A stretch of DNA of 64,000 bases from Candidatus Methylomirabilota bacterium (GCA_036556905.1 DATBIM010000053.1:63118-127117); one strand, 5' to 3'; shown: positions 1 to 9,807, counted from the first letter of the stretch. Translations and numbers: made by a program. Notes: generated from the sequence alone by a model not told the origin.

Positions 1-388
1 AGGCTTTCACGGGTTGAGCAACAGGAAGCACGGTGGGTGCCAGGCAATCATGGCCTGCGGCGATCATAGGATACGATCGGTCGTCCAGCCGGCCGCCCTG
101 TGAGCGTAAAATTTTCTGTCGAATATCAGCGACGAAGCCCACTTGGCAGGAACATCAGTGTAAATTTTATGAAACGCAATAGGGTGAGGATCTTTCTTGC
201 GAGTCAGTCATACACGTCTCGAGGCATCGAGTTCGTCGGATTTGACAGTTCGGTCGTGAAGGCTGAAGCGATCGTCGCGCTTTCAGCACCTTAGTCGCGA
301 ATACTCGGCTGGCATATGGATTGCCAGACCCCTCCCCCATCGGTTCGCGAAGTAACTATCGCTTGTCAGGTGTACCGGGGAGAGGCCG

Positions 389-694
389 ATGAGACGAGCG
401 CTTGGCCTGGTGGTCCTGGTGTTGCTCCTTGCGTGGGCCAGCGCTGCCCTCGCGCAAGGACAACCATCTGATGGTGGTTCCCTCGTCGGGCTCGCGCCCA
501 GCGATGAAGTGGCCCAGGCCAGGATTGCCGGGCGAGAGGTCGCCCCCCCTACGGTACCTGAGCCATCCCGGGTCATCCTCTGGGACGACGAGCCTCCCAA
601 GGGCGGCAACCCTCCGACCCATTCCTGGGGGCCGCCTAGTGGATTCGGACAAACCGTACCGCATCTGCCGCGGCCTGACCGTTGGCGTCGCTGA
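389..694 (+). CDS. small secreted protein (hypothetical)
   Basis: The ATG at 389 follows GGGGAGAGG. The N-terminus is a clear signal peptide, MRRALGLVVLVLLLAWASAALA-QG, and the mature part is Pro-rich. GC3 is only about 66%, and the 3' end overlaps the convergent protease gene by 59 nt, so this call is tentative. Confidence 0.4.
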   Translation: MRRALGLVVLVLLLAWASAALAQGQPSDGGSLVGLAPSDEVAQARIAGREVAPPTVPEPSRVILWDDEPPKGGNPPTHSWGPPSGFGQTVPHLPRPDRWRR

Positions 695-3023
695 CGCTGA
701 CCGAGCCGGCCGTGCCGGCGCCGAACGTGTAGCGGCCGTGAAGCTGCCAGCGGCCGCCTTCCGTCCGCTGGTTGAATCTTCGGGTCGTGCTGCCCCCGGT
801 GTGGGTGACGGTGATCGGGACCTGACTGGAGCGGGTCTGGCTGGCCGTCCACCAGACGTACACGTCATAGGTGCCGGCGGCGGCGAGACGAGGGGTCCAC
901 CGGTAGGTGTCACGGCGGAATCCGCAGCTCTGAAGCGAGGTTCCCCCGAACGGCCCCGGGGCCGACGAGGTGCACCAGCGCCCGCTGAAGGTCCGGCCCC
1001 CGGCCGTATCCTGAGTGCCGGCCGGAGCGTTGTCCAGGATGAGCTCGCCTCCGGCACTGCTCGGGGTGACTGTGAGGGCGACGGCGGTGACATTGTTGCT
1101 CTCGCTGCTCTCGGCCATGCCCCCGGCAGCATCGGCCTGGGCCAGGACGTGGTAGCTGCCGGCGGTCGTCGTCGCGGGGACCGCCAGGTTGCTCGAGCCC
1201 GAGCTTGCCCCGCCGGCGGCGAGGGCTCCCACCGCCCGGTGGCCCAGGACGACGTCACCAGGGTCGAGGATGGTGTCTCGGGACAGGAAGAATCGGGTCG
1301 TCGAGGCGCCGGAGGCGGCGGTGCCCTGGTTGCGGGTGGTGTCGTTGACGGAGAATCCGGTTCCTACCGCCACCGATCCCGCTGCGGAGAGCGCACTCAC
1401 CACCAGGTCGGGCGCGCCGGCCGGCGACGGCTGGACCGCCAGCGAGGTCGCGGCCACGTTGTTCGTCTCGTTGCTTTCGGTCACCCCAGCCGCCTCGTCG
1501 GTCTGCACGATGATGAAGTGGGTCCCGGCGGCGGTTGAGGCCGGGATCGTCAGAGGTTGAGACAACGAGACGGTAGCGTTCGGCGCCAGCGGGGTGGACC
1601 GCGGCGCGGTCGTCATCAGGAGGATATCCGCAGCGTCGAGGGTCGTGTTGGTCGACAGGTAGATCCGCTCGCCATAGGTGCCGCTGACCGCGAGCGTGCC
1701 CCGATTGGCGACCGCATAGCTGACCGTGGCCCCGGCGCCGGGAGCGAGGCTGCTCGGGGACACCGCAAGGGCCTCGACCACGAGGTCGGAACCGCCTGCG
1801 GCGGCCCCTGGATAGACGAAGCGGAGGCCTGCGGAGTCGTCGGCCCGGAGGCTGGCACCCCGCCCGTCGAAGTGGGCCCGCGGGGCCATGGTGGCGTCGG
1901 AATCCGACGAGTGCCCGAGTCCGAGCACGTGGCCGAGCTCGTGCGTCACCACTTCGGCCAGATTGGCGAAGCGCTCGTAGAACCCGCAGCCGTCCCATCC
2001 TCGGTTCACCACGACGTCGCCCTCGACGATCCGGTTGAAGGTCTGGCCGTTGACCATCCGCCGCTGGGCGCTGGTGCTGAAGTAGCCACCCATCGCGAGC
2101 ACACCGCCGCAGTTCACGGGATCGTCCATCTGGCCCAGAGGATCGCCGAAGGAGACGGTGCTCACCCCATCCCGCCGGTGGCCCACGGTCGTCGTGGTCC
2201 CCCCGTCGTGATACCGGAAGCTGGAGCCGCTCACCGAGCTCCAGGCGGCATAGGCGGCTCCGACCTGATCGAATCCACGGCCCGGCGCCCGCGGCTCGCC
2301 CTCGGCGTTGAGCAACATCGTCACCGGCGCGCCGGTGTCGGGTTCGAACCAGCGCGACGGCGTGCCCAGGAAGGTGAAGGATTCCTGGGCCTCGGTGGTT
2401 CCCACCGGTGCGGGAGGCGTGAAGAGTGGTGCCGTTGCCCCGCGCAGACCGAGCCGCCCGCGCACGGCGCCCCGGATCCGGTCCCGGATGTCACGCAAGC
2501 GATGCAGCTCGTCAGTCGTGGGCCTGGCGCCCGAGCCGCGTGGGGTCGTGACCACCACGCCGGCCGGCGTCTGTCGGCGCGCGAACCGCTCGCCCGTGTG
2601 CAGGTCGGTCAGGATCGAGAACTTGCCGAGGTACAGGTGGGCGGTGCGCAGCGTTCCGTCACCGCGGGTCGTGAGGAAGAGCAGGACTCGCTCGCCCAGC
2701 CGAAACTCCGGGCTGCCCTCCACACGCGACTCGACGTCACCGACCTTGCCCCCCAGCTGGCGGATCGTCAGCTCGGGCGTGGGGATCGCCCCCTTGAGGA
2801 CCTCGTCGAGCCTGACCGTGATATCGGTGAGGATCTGGCCCTGCCCGGGATCCCAGTGGCTACTGATGTCGATGACCTCACCGATGACAATCAGCCGGGC
2901 CTGCTCGGTGAGGAGCCCCTCGGGCAGCACACCCACGACGGTCGCCTCCACGGACGGGGCCCCCGCGATCGCGATGATCAGGGCGGCCAGGCCCACCGGG
3001 AGCGGGCGGATTCGTCTCAGCAC
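636..3023 (-). CDS. secreted zinc metalloprotease (matrixin/metzincin-like) with two CARDB repeats and a golvesin-C-like C-terminal domain
   Basis: Zinc site HELGHVLGLGHSSDSDATM (HExxHxxGxxH plus Met-turn). Two about 110-aa repeats begin (S/P)DLVV and end ESNE(T/S)NN, which is CARDB-like. The C-terminus ends ...GQAAADAVRFVRIH. The likely start is GTG at 3023, 5 nt after GGAGGA, which gives the signal peptide VLRRIRPLPVGLAALIIAIAGAPSVEA. The ORF itself extends to 3113. Confidence 0.9.
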   Translation of the reverse strand: MLRRIRPLPVGLAALIIAIAGAPSVEATVVGVLPEGLLTEQARLIVIGEVIDISSHWDPGQGQILTDITVRLDEVLKGAIPTPELTIRQLGGKVGDVESRVEGSPEFRLGERVLLFLTTRGDGTLRTAHLYLGKFSILTDLHTGERFARRQTPAGVVVTTPRGSGARPTTDELHRLRDIRDRIRGAVRGRLGLRGATAPLFTPPAPVGTTEAQESFTFLGTPSRWFEPDTGAPVTMLLNAEGEPRAPGRGFDQVGAAYAAWSSVSGSSFRYHDGGTTTTVGHRRDGVSTVSFGDPLGQMDDPVNCGGVLAMGGYFSTSAQRRMVNGQTFNRIVEGDVVVNRGWDGCGFYERFANLAEVVTHELGHVLGLGHSSDSDATMAPRAHFDGRGASLRADDSAGLRFVYPGAAAGGSDLVVEALAVSPSSLAPGAGATVSYAVANRGTLAVSGTYGERIYLSTNTTLDAADILLMTTAPRSTPLAPNATVSLSQPLTIPASTAAGTHFIIVQTDEAAGVTESNETNNVAATSLAVQPSPAGAPDLVVSALSAAGSVAVGTGFSVNDTTRNQGTAASGASTTRFFLSRDTILDPGDVVLGHRAVGALAAGGASSGSSNLAVPATTTAGSYHVLAQADAAGGMAESSESNNVTAVALTVTPSSAGGELILDNAPAGTQDTAGGRTFSGRWCTSSAPGPFGGTSLQSCGFRRDTYRWTPRLAAAGTYDVYVWWTASQTRSSQVPITVTHTGGSTTRRFNQRTEGGRWQLHGRYTFGAGTAGSVSVSDANGQAAADAVRFVRIH

Positions 3024-3275
3024 CGGGCATCCTCCTCGTGCACAGGGCGCGGGTCGGGAGCTTCGCTGCCCGGGAGGAGCATCAAAGATCGCGCCAGAGG
3101 CGTGGCCGGCCAAACGTGCGACCCGGCACGGCGCGGCTGGGGCCGGTTGCCATTCCGCCCCTCACGCTGGCACCGCCCGTCAGCCCGCCAACACGGATGC
3201 GGACGCCGTGGCCTTCCGCGTTCGCAGTGGCAGCGTTACACTGGGGCGACCGTCGGACCGGGAGGACATGATCGG

Positions 3276-4490
3276 ATGCCAATCACGCTGCGACTGCCGA
3301 ACGCCCAGGGAGCGCTGGCCCCCTACACCCTGACCGGAAGGACCCCCCTCCCACCGCCCCCGGGTCCCATCACCAGCCGCGTGGCGTTCGCCGCCGTGCA
3401 CGTCGTCGCCGACCCGCTCGCCGACATCGATCCGACGCAGGACGTGGCCCTCGACTGGGAGGCCACGCTGGCGTATCGGCGCTACGTCTGGTCGCTGGGG
3501 CTCGCCGTCGCCGAGGCGATGGACACCGCCCAGCGCGGCATGGGCCTGCCCTGGGCCACGGCCCGGGAGCTGATCCGGCGCACCGTGGCCGAGGCCCGGA
3601 CGAACCCGGGGGCCGTGGTGTTCTCCGGCGCCGGCACCGACGACCTGCCGCCCTCGTCGCGGGTCAGCATCGCCGATGTCGACCGAGCCTACGAGGAATC
3701 GTGCAGCTTCATCGAGTCGGTGGGAGGCCGCATCATCCTGATGGCGAGTCGGGCCCTGGCCGCCTGCGCCAAGGGACCCGACGACTACGTGAAAGTCTAC
3801 GGCCGCATCCTGGCGCAGGTGCAGCAGCCGGTGATCATTCACTGGCTCGGCGACATGTTCGACCCTGCGCTGGCCGGGTACTGGGGCTCACGCGACCTGG
3901 ACCAGGCCGCCGCGACGCTGCTCGCCGTGATCGGCGAGCACGCCGCTCGGGTCGACGGCGTCAAGGTCTCCCTGCTCGACCAGCGCCGGGAGATCGCCCT
4001 GCGCCGCCGCTTGCCGGCCGGCGTGCGGATGTACACCGGGGACGATTTCGACTATCCCACCACCATCGCCGGCGACGAGCACGGCCACAGCGATGCCCTG
4101 CTGGGAATCTTCGACGTCATCGCGCCCCTGGCCTCGGCGGCGCTGCACGCGCTGGACGGTGGGGACCGCGCCCGCTTCGACGAGCTGCTGGCGCCGACCC
4201 TGCCGCTCTCGCGCCACGTGTTCGGCGCGCCCACCCGGTTCTACAAGACCGGGGTGGTGTTCGCCGCCTACCTCAACGGCCACCAGGCGCATTTCCGCAT
4301 GGTCGGTGGCCTGGAGAGCGCGCGCTCGGTCGTGCACCTGAGCCGGCAGTTCGTCCTGATGGACCAGGCGGGTCTGCTCCACGACCCCGCGTTAGCCGCC
4401 GCGCGGATGCGGAGTGTGCTGGCCACCGCCGGTATCGACGAGCCGCCTCAGAACCAGCGGGCCTTGTCGACCACGTTGCGCAAGGGCTGA
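3276..4490 (+). CDS. DUF993 family protein (TIM-barrel, DHDPS-like)
   Basis: ATG at 3276, in frame with ORF 1557..4490. The block VAFAAVHVVADPLADIDP...LDWEATLAYRRYVWSLGLAVAEAMDTAQRGMGLPW is what I recognise as DUF993. The ORF part upstream of 3276 is R/G/P-rich shadow on the antisense of the protease gene. Confidence 0.75.
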   Translation: MPITLRLPNAQGALAPYTLTGRTPLPPPPGPITSRVAFAAVHVVADPLADIDPTQDVALDWEATLAYRRYVWSLGLAVAEAMDTAQRGMGLPWATARELIRRTVAEARTNPGAVVFSGAGTDDLPPSSRVSIADVDRAYEESCSFIESVGGRIILMASRALAACAKGPDDYVKVYGRILAQVQQPVIIHWLGDMFDPALAGYWGSRDLDQAAATLLAVIGEHAARVDGVKVSLLDQRREIALRRRLPAGVRMYTGDDFDYPTTIAGDEHGHSDALLGIFDVIAPLASAALHALDGGDRARFDELLAPTLPLSRHVFGAPTRFYKTGVVFAAYLNGHQAHFRMVGGLESARSVVHLSRQFVLMDQAGLLHDPALAAARMRSVLATAGIDEPPQNQRALSTTLRKG

Positions 4491-4966
4491 CCGGCAAGGA
4501 AGCGGCGGCAGTTGTCGAGCAGGATCTCGAAGCGACGCTCGTCGAGGTACGGTCCGTACCCGGCGGTGTGCGGGGTGAGGAGCACGCCCGGCATCGTCCA
4601 CAGCGGATGATCCTCCGGTAGGGGTTCCTGCTCGAACACGTCGAGGCCCGCCCCCGCGATCTCATGGGCGCGCAGGGCTTCGACCAGGTCGTCGAGCCGG
4701 GTCGTCATGGCGATCAGCTCCGGATAATAGTACCCGGCGGGCGGCGCGGCCTGGGGCGCCTGGAGCCAACGGAGCCGTGCCGCCCGCTCGAGGAGGGCGG
4801 GCGGTAGCGTGCCGAACATCGCCTCGGCGTCGCCGACAACCTTCGCCGCCTGCGCCGTACCCTCGGCGACCACCACGGACAGCGCCGGCAGCGCGGCGGC
4901 GATCCGCGAGGCCCACGCGCGGGTGATGGGGGTGTGGGGCGGCAGCATCAGGAGCGTCGGGTTCAT
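4448..4966 (-). CDS. D-isomer 2-hydroxyacid dehydrogenase remnant lacking the NAD-binding domain
   Basis: The 172-aa ORF has an N-terminal substrate-domain start (MNPTLLMLPP...RLRWLQ) joined directly to the C-terminal catalytic end (GAGLDVFEQEPLPEDHPLWTMPGVLLTPHTAGY). No GxGxxG Rossmann segment is present. Confidence 0.6.
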   Translation of the reverse strand: MNPTLLMLPPHTPITRAWASRIAAALPALSVVVAEGTAQAAKVVGDAEAMFGTLPPALLERAARLRWLQAPQAAPPAGYYYPELIAMTTRLDDLVEALRAHEIAGAGLDVFEQEPLPEDHPLWTMPGVLLTPHTAGYGPYLDERRFEILLDNCRRFLAGQPLRNVVDKARWF

Positions 4967-5084
4967 GGTGCCGGACCTTACGCGACGCCGGGGTTCGTCG
5001 TCAACGCGCGCGGGAGGGCTGGCACTCGGCCCGGAAACGGTCTATAAACCGATGTCGCGGATTTTGTCGGCGAGGGAGGGCAAC

Positions 5085-6131
5085 GTGGCGAAGTACACGA
5101 TCGTCACACCAGCGGGCGCGAGCTTCTCGGTGCCGGGAGTCGGGTACAAGCTGGAAATGGAGGCCCTGGGGCCGCTCGACGCGGAGATCGTGGAGATTCC
5201 CGCCGGGACCGAGGACGAATTCGTGAGGGCCGCCCGGGACGCCGACGCCCTGTATGCCAAGGGGCGTCGGATCACGGGGCGGATGATCGATGGACTCGCC
5301 CGGTGCCGGGTGATCGCGCTGGGCAGCGTCGGGGTCGACTCGGTCGACGTCGCCGCCGCGACGGCGCGGGGGATCCCGGTCACCAACGTGCCCGATACGT
5401 TCATCGAGGAAGTCGCCGATCATGCCATGATGCTGATCCTGGCCACCTATCGGCGCCTGGTCACCATGGACCGGTTCGTCAGGGACGGCCGATGGACCCA
5501 GGGCCGCCCCTTGCTCTCGCAGTGGCCGCGGCTGATGGGCCTGACGCTGGGCTTCATCGCCTTCGGCCACGTGGCCCGGGCGGTGGCGGTGCGGGCCCGG
5601 GGGTTCGGCTTGCACATGATGGCCTACGACCCCTACCTGGAGGAGCTCGTCATGCCCCGCTACGGGGTCGAGCCGGTGGGGCTGCCCGAATTGCTGCAGC
5701 GGTCCGACATCGTCTCCATGCATGCGCCATCGACGCCGGGGGCCCACCACCTGCTCACCGAGCACCACTTCCGGTCGATGAAGCCAGAGGCGATCTTCAT
5801 CAACACCGGCCGGGGCCCCACGGTCGACGAGCCGGCGCTGATCCGCGCCCTGCGGGAGGGCTGGATCGCCGCCGCCGGCCTCGACGTCCTCGAGCAGGAG
5901 CCTCCCGATCCGACGAATCCCCTGCTGACGATGGAGAACGTCATCCTCACGCCCCACGTGGCGTCGGCTTCGGCCCGGTTCGATCCGGTGCGCAAACGCC
6001 GCGTCGGCGAGGAGATCGCGCTGGTGCTGAGCGGCCAGTGGCCGCGGAGCTGCGTGAACCCGTCGGTGCTGGAGAAGAGCGGGCTCCGGCGCTGGCAGCC
6101 CTACTCGATGGAGCGGGGGCCGGGCGCTTAG
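5085..6131 (+). CDS. D-isomer specific 2-hydroxyacid dehydrogenase (CtBP/PGDH-like)
   Basis: Full-length architecture: GSVGVDSVDV, NAD site LGFIAFGHVARAV, NTGRGPTVDE, and AGLDVLEQEPP...LTPHVAS. GTG at 5085 lies 4 nt after GAGGGAGGG. An alternative ATG start is at 5052. Confidence 0.9.
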   Translation: MAKYTIVTPAGASFSVPGVGYKLEMEALGPLDAEIVEIPAGTEDEFVRAARDADALYAKGRRITGRMIDGLARCRVIALGSVGVDSVDVAAATARGIPVTNVPDTFIEEVADHAMMLILATYRRLVTMDRFVRDGRWTQGRPLLSQWPRLMGLTLGFIAFGHVARAVAVRARGFGLHMMAYDPYLEELVMPRYGVEPVGLPELLQRSDIVSMHAPSTPGAHHLLTEHHFRSMKPEAIFINTGRGPTVDEPALIRALREGWIAAAGLDVLEQEPPDPTNPLLTMENVILTPHVASASARFDPVRKRRVGEEIALVLSGQWPRSCVNPSVLEKSGLRRWQPYSMERGPGA

Positions 6132-6139
6132 CCTCGCGG

Positions 6140-6676
6140 CTACAGCACGTAGAGCAGCCCGCGGGTGTGGAGGCTCCCTGGCGCCCAGAAGCCCGCGCTG
6201 GCGAACCACTCCACGGCCTGGGCCGCGTCGGCCGTGCGGCACAGCGCGAAGGTGTCGCCGTCGGGAAAGAACCCCCCGAAGGCCAGACGGCCCGCGCCCC
6301 GCAGCTCGATCAGCGCGAACTGGGCCATGTCGTGCTCCGCCGTCCGGCCCTCGACGACCGTCGCTCGCCGGGAGCCATCGAGCACGATGGGAGGCAGCTC
6401 CCAGGGCTCGATGAACTCGGCGAAGCTCCGCGGCGTGTAACGGGTCCAGGCCCCGGCCGCCCAGTAGGGGTCCTCCTCGACAAGGGCCGCGAGCTGATCG
6501 GGTTGCCCCAGCCGGTAGACGAGGTCGACACTGCGCCCGTCGGGCGCCGGCCCCCCGCCGATGACGACACCGCCGGCGCGCAGGCCGGCCAGCCGCTCGA
6601 TGTGCGCCCGGCGGTGCGGCTCGCGCTTGGCGACGTACTGCTCGGCGGCGGTGATGGCGACGTGGACCACGATCAC
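6140..6676 (-). CDS. YciI-like / dimeric alpha-beta barrel protein (two tandem halves)
   Basis: GTG at 6676 lies 7 nt after GGAGGAGG. The first half, VIVVHVAITAAEQYVAKREPHRRAHIERL...DPYWAAGAW, is YciI-like. The ORF part upstream of 6676 is antisense shadow of the helicase gene. Confidence 0.7.
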   Translation of the reverse strand: MIVVHVAITAAEQYVAKREPHRRAHIERLAGLRAGGVVIGGGPAPDGRSVDLVYRLGQPDQLAALVEEDPYWAAGAWTRYTPRSFAEFIEPWELPPIVLDGSRRATVVEGRTAEHDMAQFALIELRGAGRLAFGGFFPDGDTFALCRTADAAQAVEWFASAGFWAPGSLHTRGLLYVL

Positions 6677-6721
6677 GGGCGGCCTCCTCCACGGGATGAT
6701 CGCATGATAATGTGAACGACG

Positions 6722-9307
6722 ATGGACGTGCTCGCGCAGTTCCGCGCCCGCTATCCATTCGCGCTCGACGAGTTCCAGGTAGAAGCGTGCCAGGCCATCG
6801 CCGCCGGGTCGTCGGTGATCGTGGCCGCCCCCACCGGGGCCGGCAAGACGCTGGTGGCCGAGTTCGCCATCACGCTGGCGCTCGAGCGGGGCAAGCGGAT
6901 CGCCTACACCACCCCGCTGAAGGCGCTGTCCAACCAGAAGTTCGCCGACTTCACCCGGGCCTACGGCGAGGATCGCGTGGGCATCCTGACCGGCGACGTC
7001 AAGGTGAACCCCCAGGCCCGGATCCTCGTGATGACGACCGAGATCCTCCGCAACATGTTCTACACGGGGGGGCTCAGCGATCTGGGATGGGTCGTTCTCG
7101 ACGAATGCCACTACATGGGCGACGAGGGCCGGGGCACCGTCTGGGAGGAAATCATCGTCAACGCGCCCCCGGACGTCGCCCTGGTGGCGCTGTCAGCCAC
7201 CGTGGCCAACGTGCGGGAGATCGCCGACTGGATCTCCCTGGTGCATCGCCCGATCGTGCCGGTCTACCATCCCCACCGGCCGGTGCCGCTGTCCTATGCG
7301 CTGGCCGATCTGGCCGGCGAGGTTCACGACTTCGACAAGGTTCGCACCGGACAGGCCCGGATCGCCGGGGACGAGCGACACGGCCCCGACGAGCGGGGCC
7401 GATGGTTCACGCGTCGGGTCGTCGATCCGACCGTCCTCATCGAGGAGCTGGAAGCGCGAGGCTGGTTGCCCGCCATCTACTTCATTTTCAGCCGCGCGGG
7501 CTGTGAGCGGGCGATGGGCGACGTCCTCACCGAGGGCCGTGGCCTCCTCTCCCCCGAGCAGCGTCGGGAGGTCGACGTGGCCATCGGCGAGGCGCTGGCC
7601 GAGAGTCCCGGGATGGGGGATTCCGAGCTCAACCAGACGATCTTCCGCGCGCTGGGCCTGGGGGTCGGCGTCCACCACGCCGGTATCCTGCCCAGCCTCA
7701 AGCGCCTCACCGAGCGTCTGTTCGAGCGCGGCCTCTGCAAGGTGGTATTCGCCACCGAGACCATGAGCCTGGGCATCCACATGCCGGCCCGCGCAGTGGT
7801 GCTCCAGAGTCTCACCAAGCGCACGGAACGCGGCTTTCGATCCCTGTCCCACAACGAGCTGACTCAGATGGCCGGGCGGGCCGGACGGCGGGGGATCGAC
7901 ACCGAGGGCAAATGCGTCATCGCGCTGGACGCCCGGGACGGCGTCGACGACGTGATCCGCGTGGTGGACGGCTCGCCGGAGCCGATCGAGAGCCAGTTCA
8001 GGCTGGGCTATGGCTCGGTGGCGCTGCTGATCGCCTCCGGAGCCCCCCCCGAGACCCTGCGCCGCCGGGTGGAAGCGTCCTTCGGGCAGTACCAGAATCT
8101 CAAGCGCATGCGGGAGATGCAGGCCGAGGTGCAGCGGCTCGAGGCCGCGGCGGTCGAGGCCCGCGCGTTCGCCGCCCCCTGCGGAGACTTCGGGCGCATG
8201 GGCCGCTACCGCAAGCTGCGGGAGGAGGTGGAGGCCCGCCGCCGGGCCAGTGGCCGCGGTGGCCGGGGCGAGCGCGGCCCGATCGAGGCCGAGCCGGGGC
8301 GGCTGGCCATCGTCAAACGGCGGGGCGGGCCGAGCCTGGCCCTGGTCCTCGGTGTCCACGGGATCCGCGGTCACCGGGCCCTGGTGGATGCGCTGCTGCC
8401 CCACGGCGCCGTCGTCCGGCTCAAGGCGGGCGCCATCAAGCAGATCCTCTGGTCGACGCCGCCGCTCGTCGTTCCCCGTGACCGCGGTCGCGACCCGCGC
8501 GGCCTGCGTCACCTGGCCGGTCAGCTGACGGAGCTTGATGCGCGCGAGCTGCTCGAGCGCGAGCGCGCGCAACGGCCGGAGGCGGCGCTGGCCACCGTGG
8601 AGTGCCACCGCTGCCCGTGGGGCTCGACGGTCAGGTGCGAGGGCGCCTGGCGCGACGTGGCGCGGCTCGGCGAGCGGCTCGAGCAGCGCCGGCAGGCCCT
8701 GGAGGCCCTGCGGGGAGCTTACTGGCACGAGTTCCTGAGAGTGGTGGAGGTGCTCGAGCAGTTCGGAGCGGTACGCGCCGGCCGGCTCGAGGCCAAGGGG
8801 CGGCTCATCGCCGGCCTGCGCCACGACAACGAGCTGCTGGTGGCCGAGGTGATGGCCCGCGGCATCCTTGCCGATCTCACCCTGCCCGAAGCGGCGGCGC
8901 TCTGCTCCGCGCTCTCCGAGGAGGCGCGCTCGGGCGAGCCGGGGGTGGCCCGCGGGTTCCTCAAGTCGCGACCGAAGCTTCGCCGCAAGCTCGAGCAGAT
9001 CGCCGCCGTGGCCGAGACCGTGGGGGAGGCGCAGCGCCACCGGCGCCTGGGCATGCCGCTGAGCGTCCATGCCGGGTTCATGCCGGCGGTCTTTCGCTGG
9101 GCCTCCGGGGAGGACGACTGGGCGGCGATCGTGCAGGAGGCTTTCGGCGGCCACGAGGGCGACCTGATCCGCGCCATGCGGCGGCTTATCGATCTGCTCC
9201 GTCAGCTCGGTGAGAACGCGGAGGTCCCGCCGGCCACGGCTCGGCTCCTGCTCCAGGCGGCCCGGATCATCGACCGCGGCATCGTGCTGGAGTCCGCCCT
9301 GATCTGA
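6722..9307 (+). CDS. Ski2-like DEAD/DEAH-box helicase (HelY-type)
   Basis: Walker A AAPTGAGKT, DECH box (VLDECHYMGD), SAT, helicase C motifs (MAGRAGRRGID), and a long C-terminal DSHCT-like region. Confidence 0.95.
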   Translation: MDVLAQFRARYPFALDEFQVEACQAIAAGSSVIVAAPTGAGKTLVAEFAITLALERGKRIAYTTPLKALSNQKFADFTRAYGEDRVGILTGDVKVNPQARILVMTTEILRNMFYTGGLSDLGWVVLDECHYMGDEGRGTVWEEIIVNAPPDVALVALSATVANVREIADWISLVHRPIVPVYHPHRPVPLSYALADLAGEVHDFDKVRTGQARIAGDERHGPDERGRWFTRRVVDPTVLIEELEARGWLPAIYFIFSRAGCERAMGDVLTEGRGLLSPEQRREVDVAIGEALAESPGMGDSELNQTIFRALGLGVGVHHAGILPSLKRLTERLFERGLCKVVFATETMSLGIHMPARAVVLQSLTKRTERGFRSLSHNELTQMAGRAGRRGIDTEGKCVIALDARDGVDDVIRVVDGSPEPIESQFRLGYGSVALLIASGAPPETLRRRVEASFGQYQNLKRMREMQAEVQRLEAAAVEARAFAAPCGDFGRMGRYRKLREEVEARRRASGRGGRGERGPIEAEPGRLAIVKRRGGPSLALVLGVHGIRGHRALVDALLPHGAVVRLKAGAIKQILWSTPPLVVPRDRGRDPRGLRHLAGQLTELDARELLERERAQRPEAALATVECHRCPWGSTVRCEGAWRDVARLGERLEQRRQALEALRGAYWHEFLRVVEVLEQFGAVRAGRLEAKGRLIAGLRHDNELLVAEVMARGILADLTLPEAAALCSALSEEARSGEPGVARGFLKSRPKLRRKLEQIAAVAETVGEAQRHRRLGMPLSVHAGFMPAVFRWASGEDDWAAIVQEAFGGHEGDLIRAMRRLIDLLRQLGENAEVPPATARLLLQAARIIDRGIVLESALI

Positions 9308-9324
9308 TCTGCTATGCTCTCGTC

Positions 9325-9807
9325 GTGACGCGCCGACTCCTGGGTCTGGTGGCGCTTTCGCTGGTGCTGGCCGCGTGCGCCTCGGCCAGGGCAGTGGAGC
9401 AGCGGACGACCCAGGGGCCCACCGCCGAGCAGTTCTGGATGCTGCGCATGATCGAGGCCAATGGCCGGGAGCCGAACTTCGACGAACGCCGACACTGGCA
9501 GAACCAGATCGACGATGACATCGCGCGCTACCTGCGCAGCCATCCCGAGGCCGCCAGTAGCCTGGAGGTCTCCACGTTCCGATTCTTCCGTCGCACCACG
9601 GTGGGGATGACCAAGGAGCAGATCGTGATCCTGCTGGGTCCTCCCGAGACGACCACCACCGAACCCGCCGAGATGGAAAAGCTGGCCCGCCAGTACTGGC
9701 CGGCGGTCAAGGCGCGCGCCAAGGAGGCCTGGACCTATCCGCTGGGCTGGCGTTTCTACTTCGCCGGCGACCGGGTCGTCGATATCACGCAGTACCTGTC
9801 CCGCTGA
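9325..9807 (+). CDS. lipoprotein (hypothetical, BamE/SmpA-like C-terminus possible)
   Basis: GTG start. Signal peptide with lipobox: MTRRLLGLVALSLVLAAC. Confidence 0.8.
   Translation: MTRRLLGLVALSLVLAACASARAVEQRTTQGPTAEQFWMLRMIEANGREPNFDERRHWQNQIDDDIARYLRSHPEAASSLEVSTFRFFRRTTVGMTKEQIVILLGPPETTTTEPAEMEKLARQYWPAVKARAKEAWTYPLGWRFYFAGDRVVDITQYLSR

Noticed and set aside
100-294. 64-aa ORF in the low-GC left edge.
   Set aside because: Low GC3, no RBS, no recognisable motif. It is probably non-coding.
356-1538. Long ORFs 356..1258(-), 402..1538(+), 1189..1560(+) and 1255..1998(-), all overlapping the protease gene.
   Set aside because: Their translations are R/G/P/A-rich and low in complexity, with no motifs. 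They lie in alternative frames of a gene that has clear metzincin and CARDB signatures. These are typical high-GC shadow ORFs.
1557-3275. The upstream 573 codons of ORF 1557..4490, which would make a 977-aa protein.
   Set aside because: This part is antisense to the protease gene and compositionally aberrant. The recognisable DUF993 sequence begins at ATG 3276.
5001-6758. 585-aa ORF on the minus strand, spanning the dehydrogenase and YciI-like genes.
   Set aside because: It is Arg/Gly/Pro-dominated with no domain signature. It is antisense to a well-supported dehydrogenase gene.
7193-9154. 653-aa ORF antisense to the helicase gene.
   Set aside because: It is a shadow frame of a gene with complete helicase motifs, and it has no motifs of its own.
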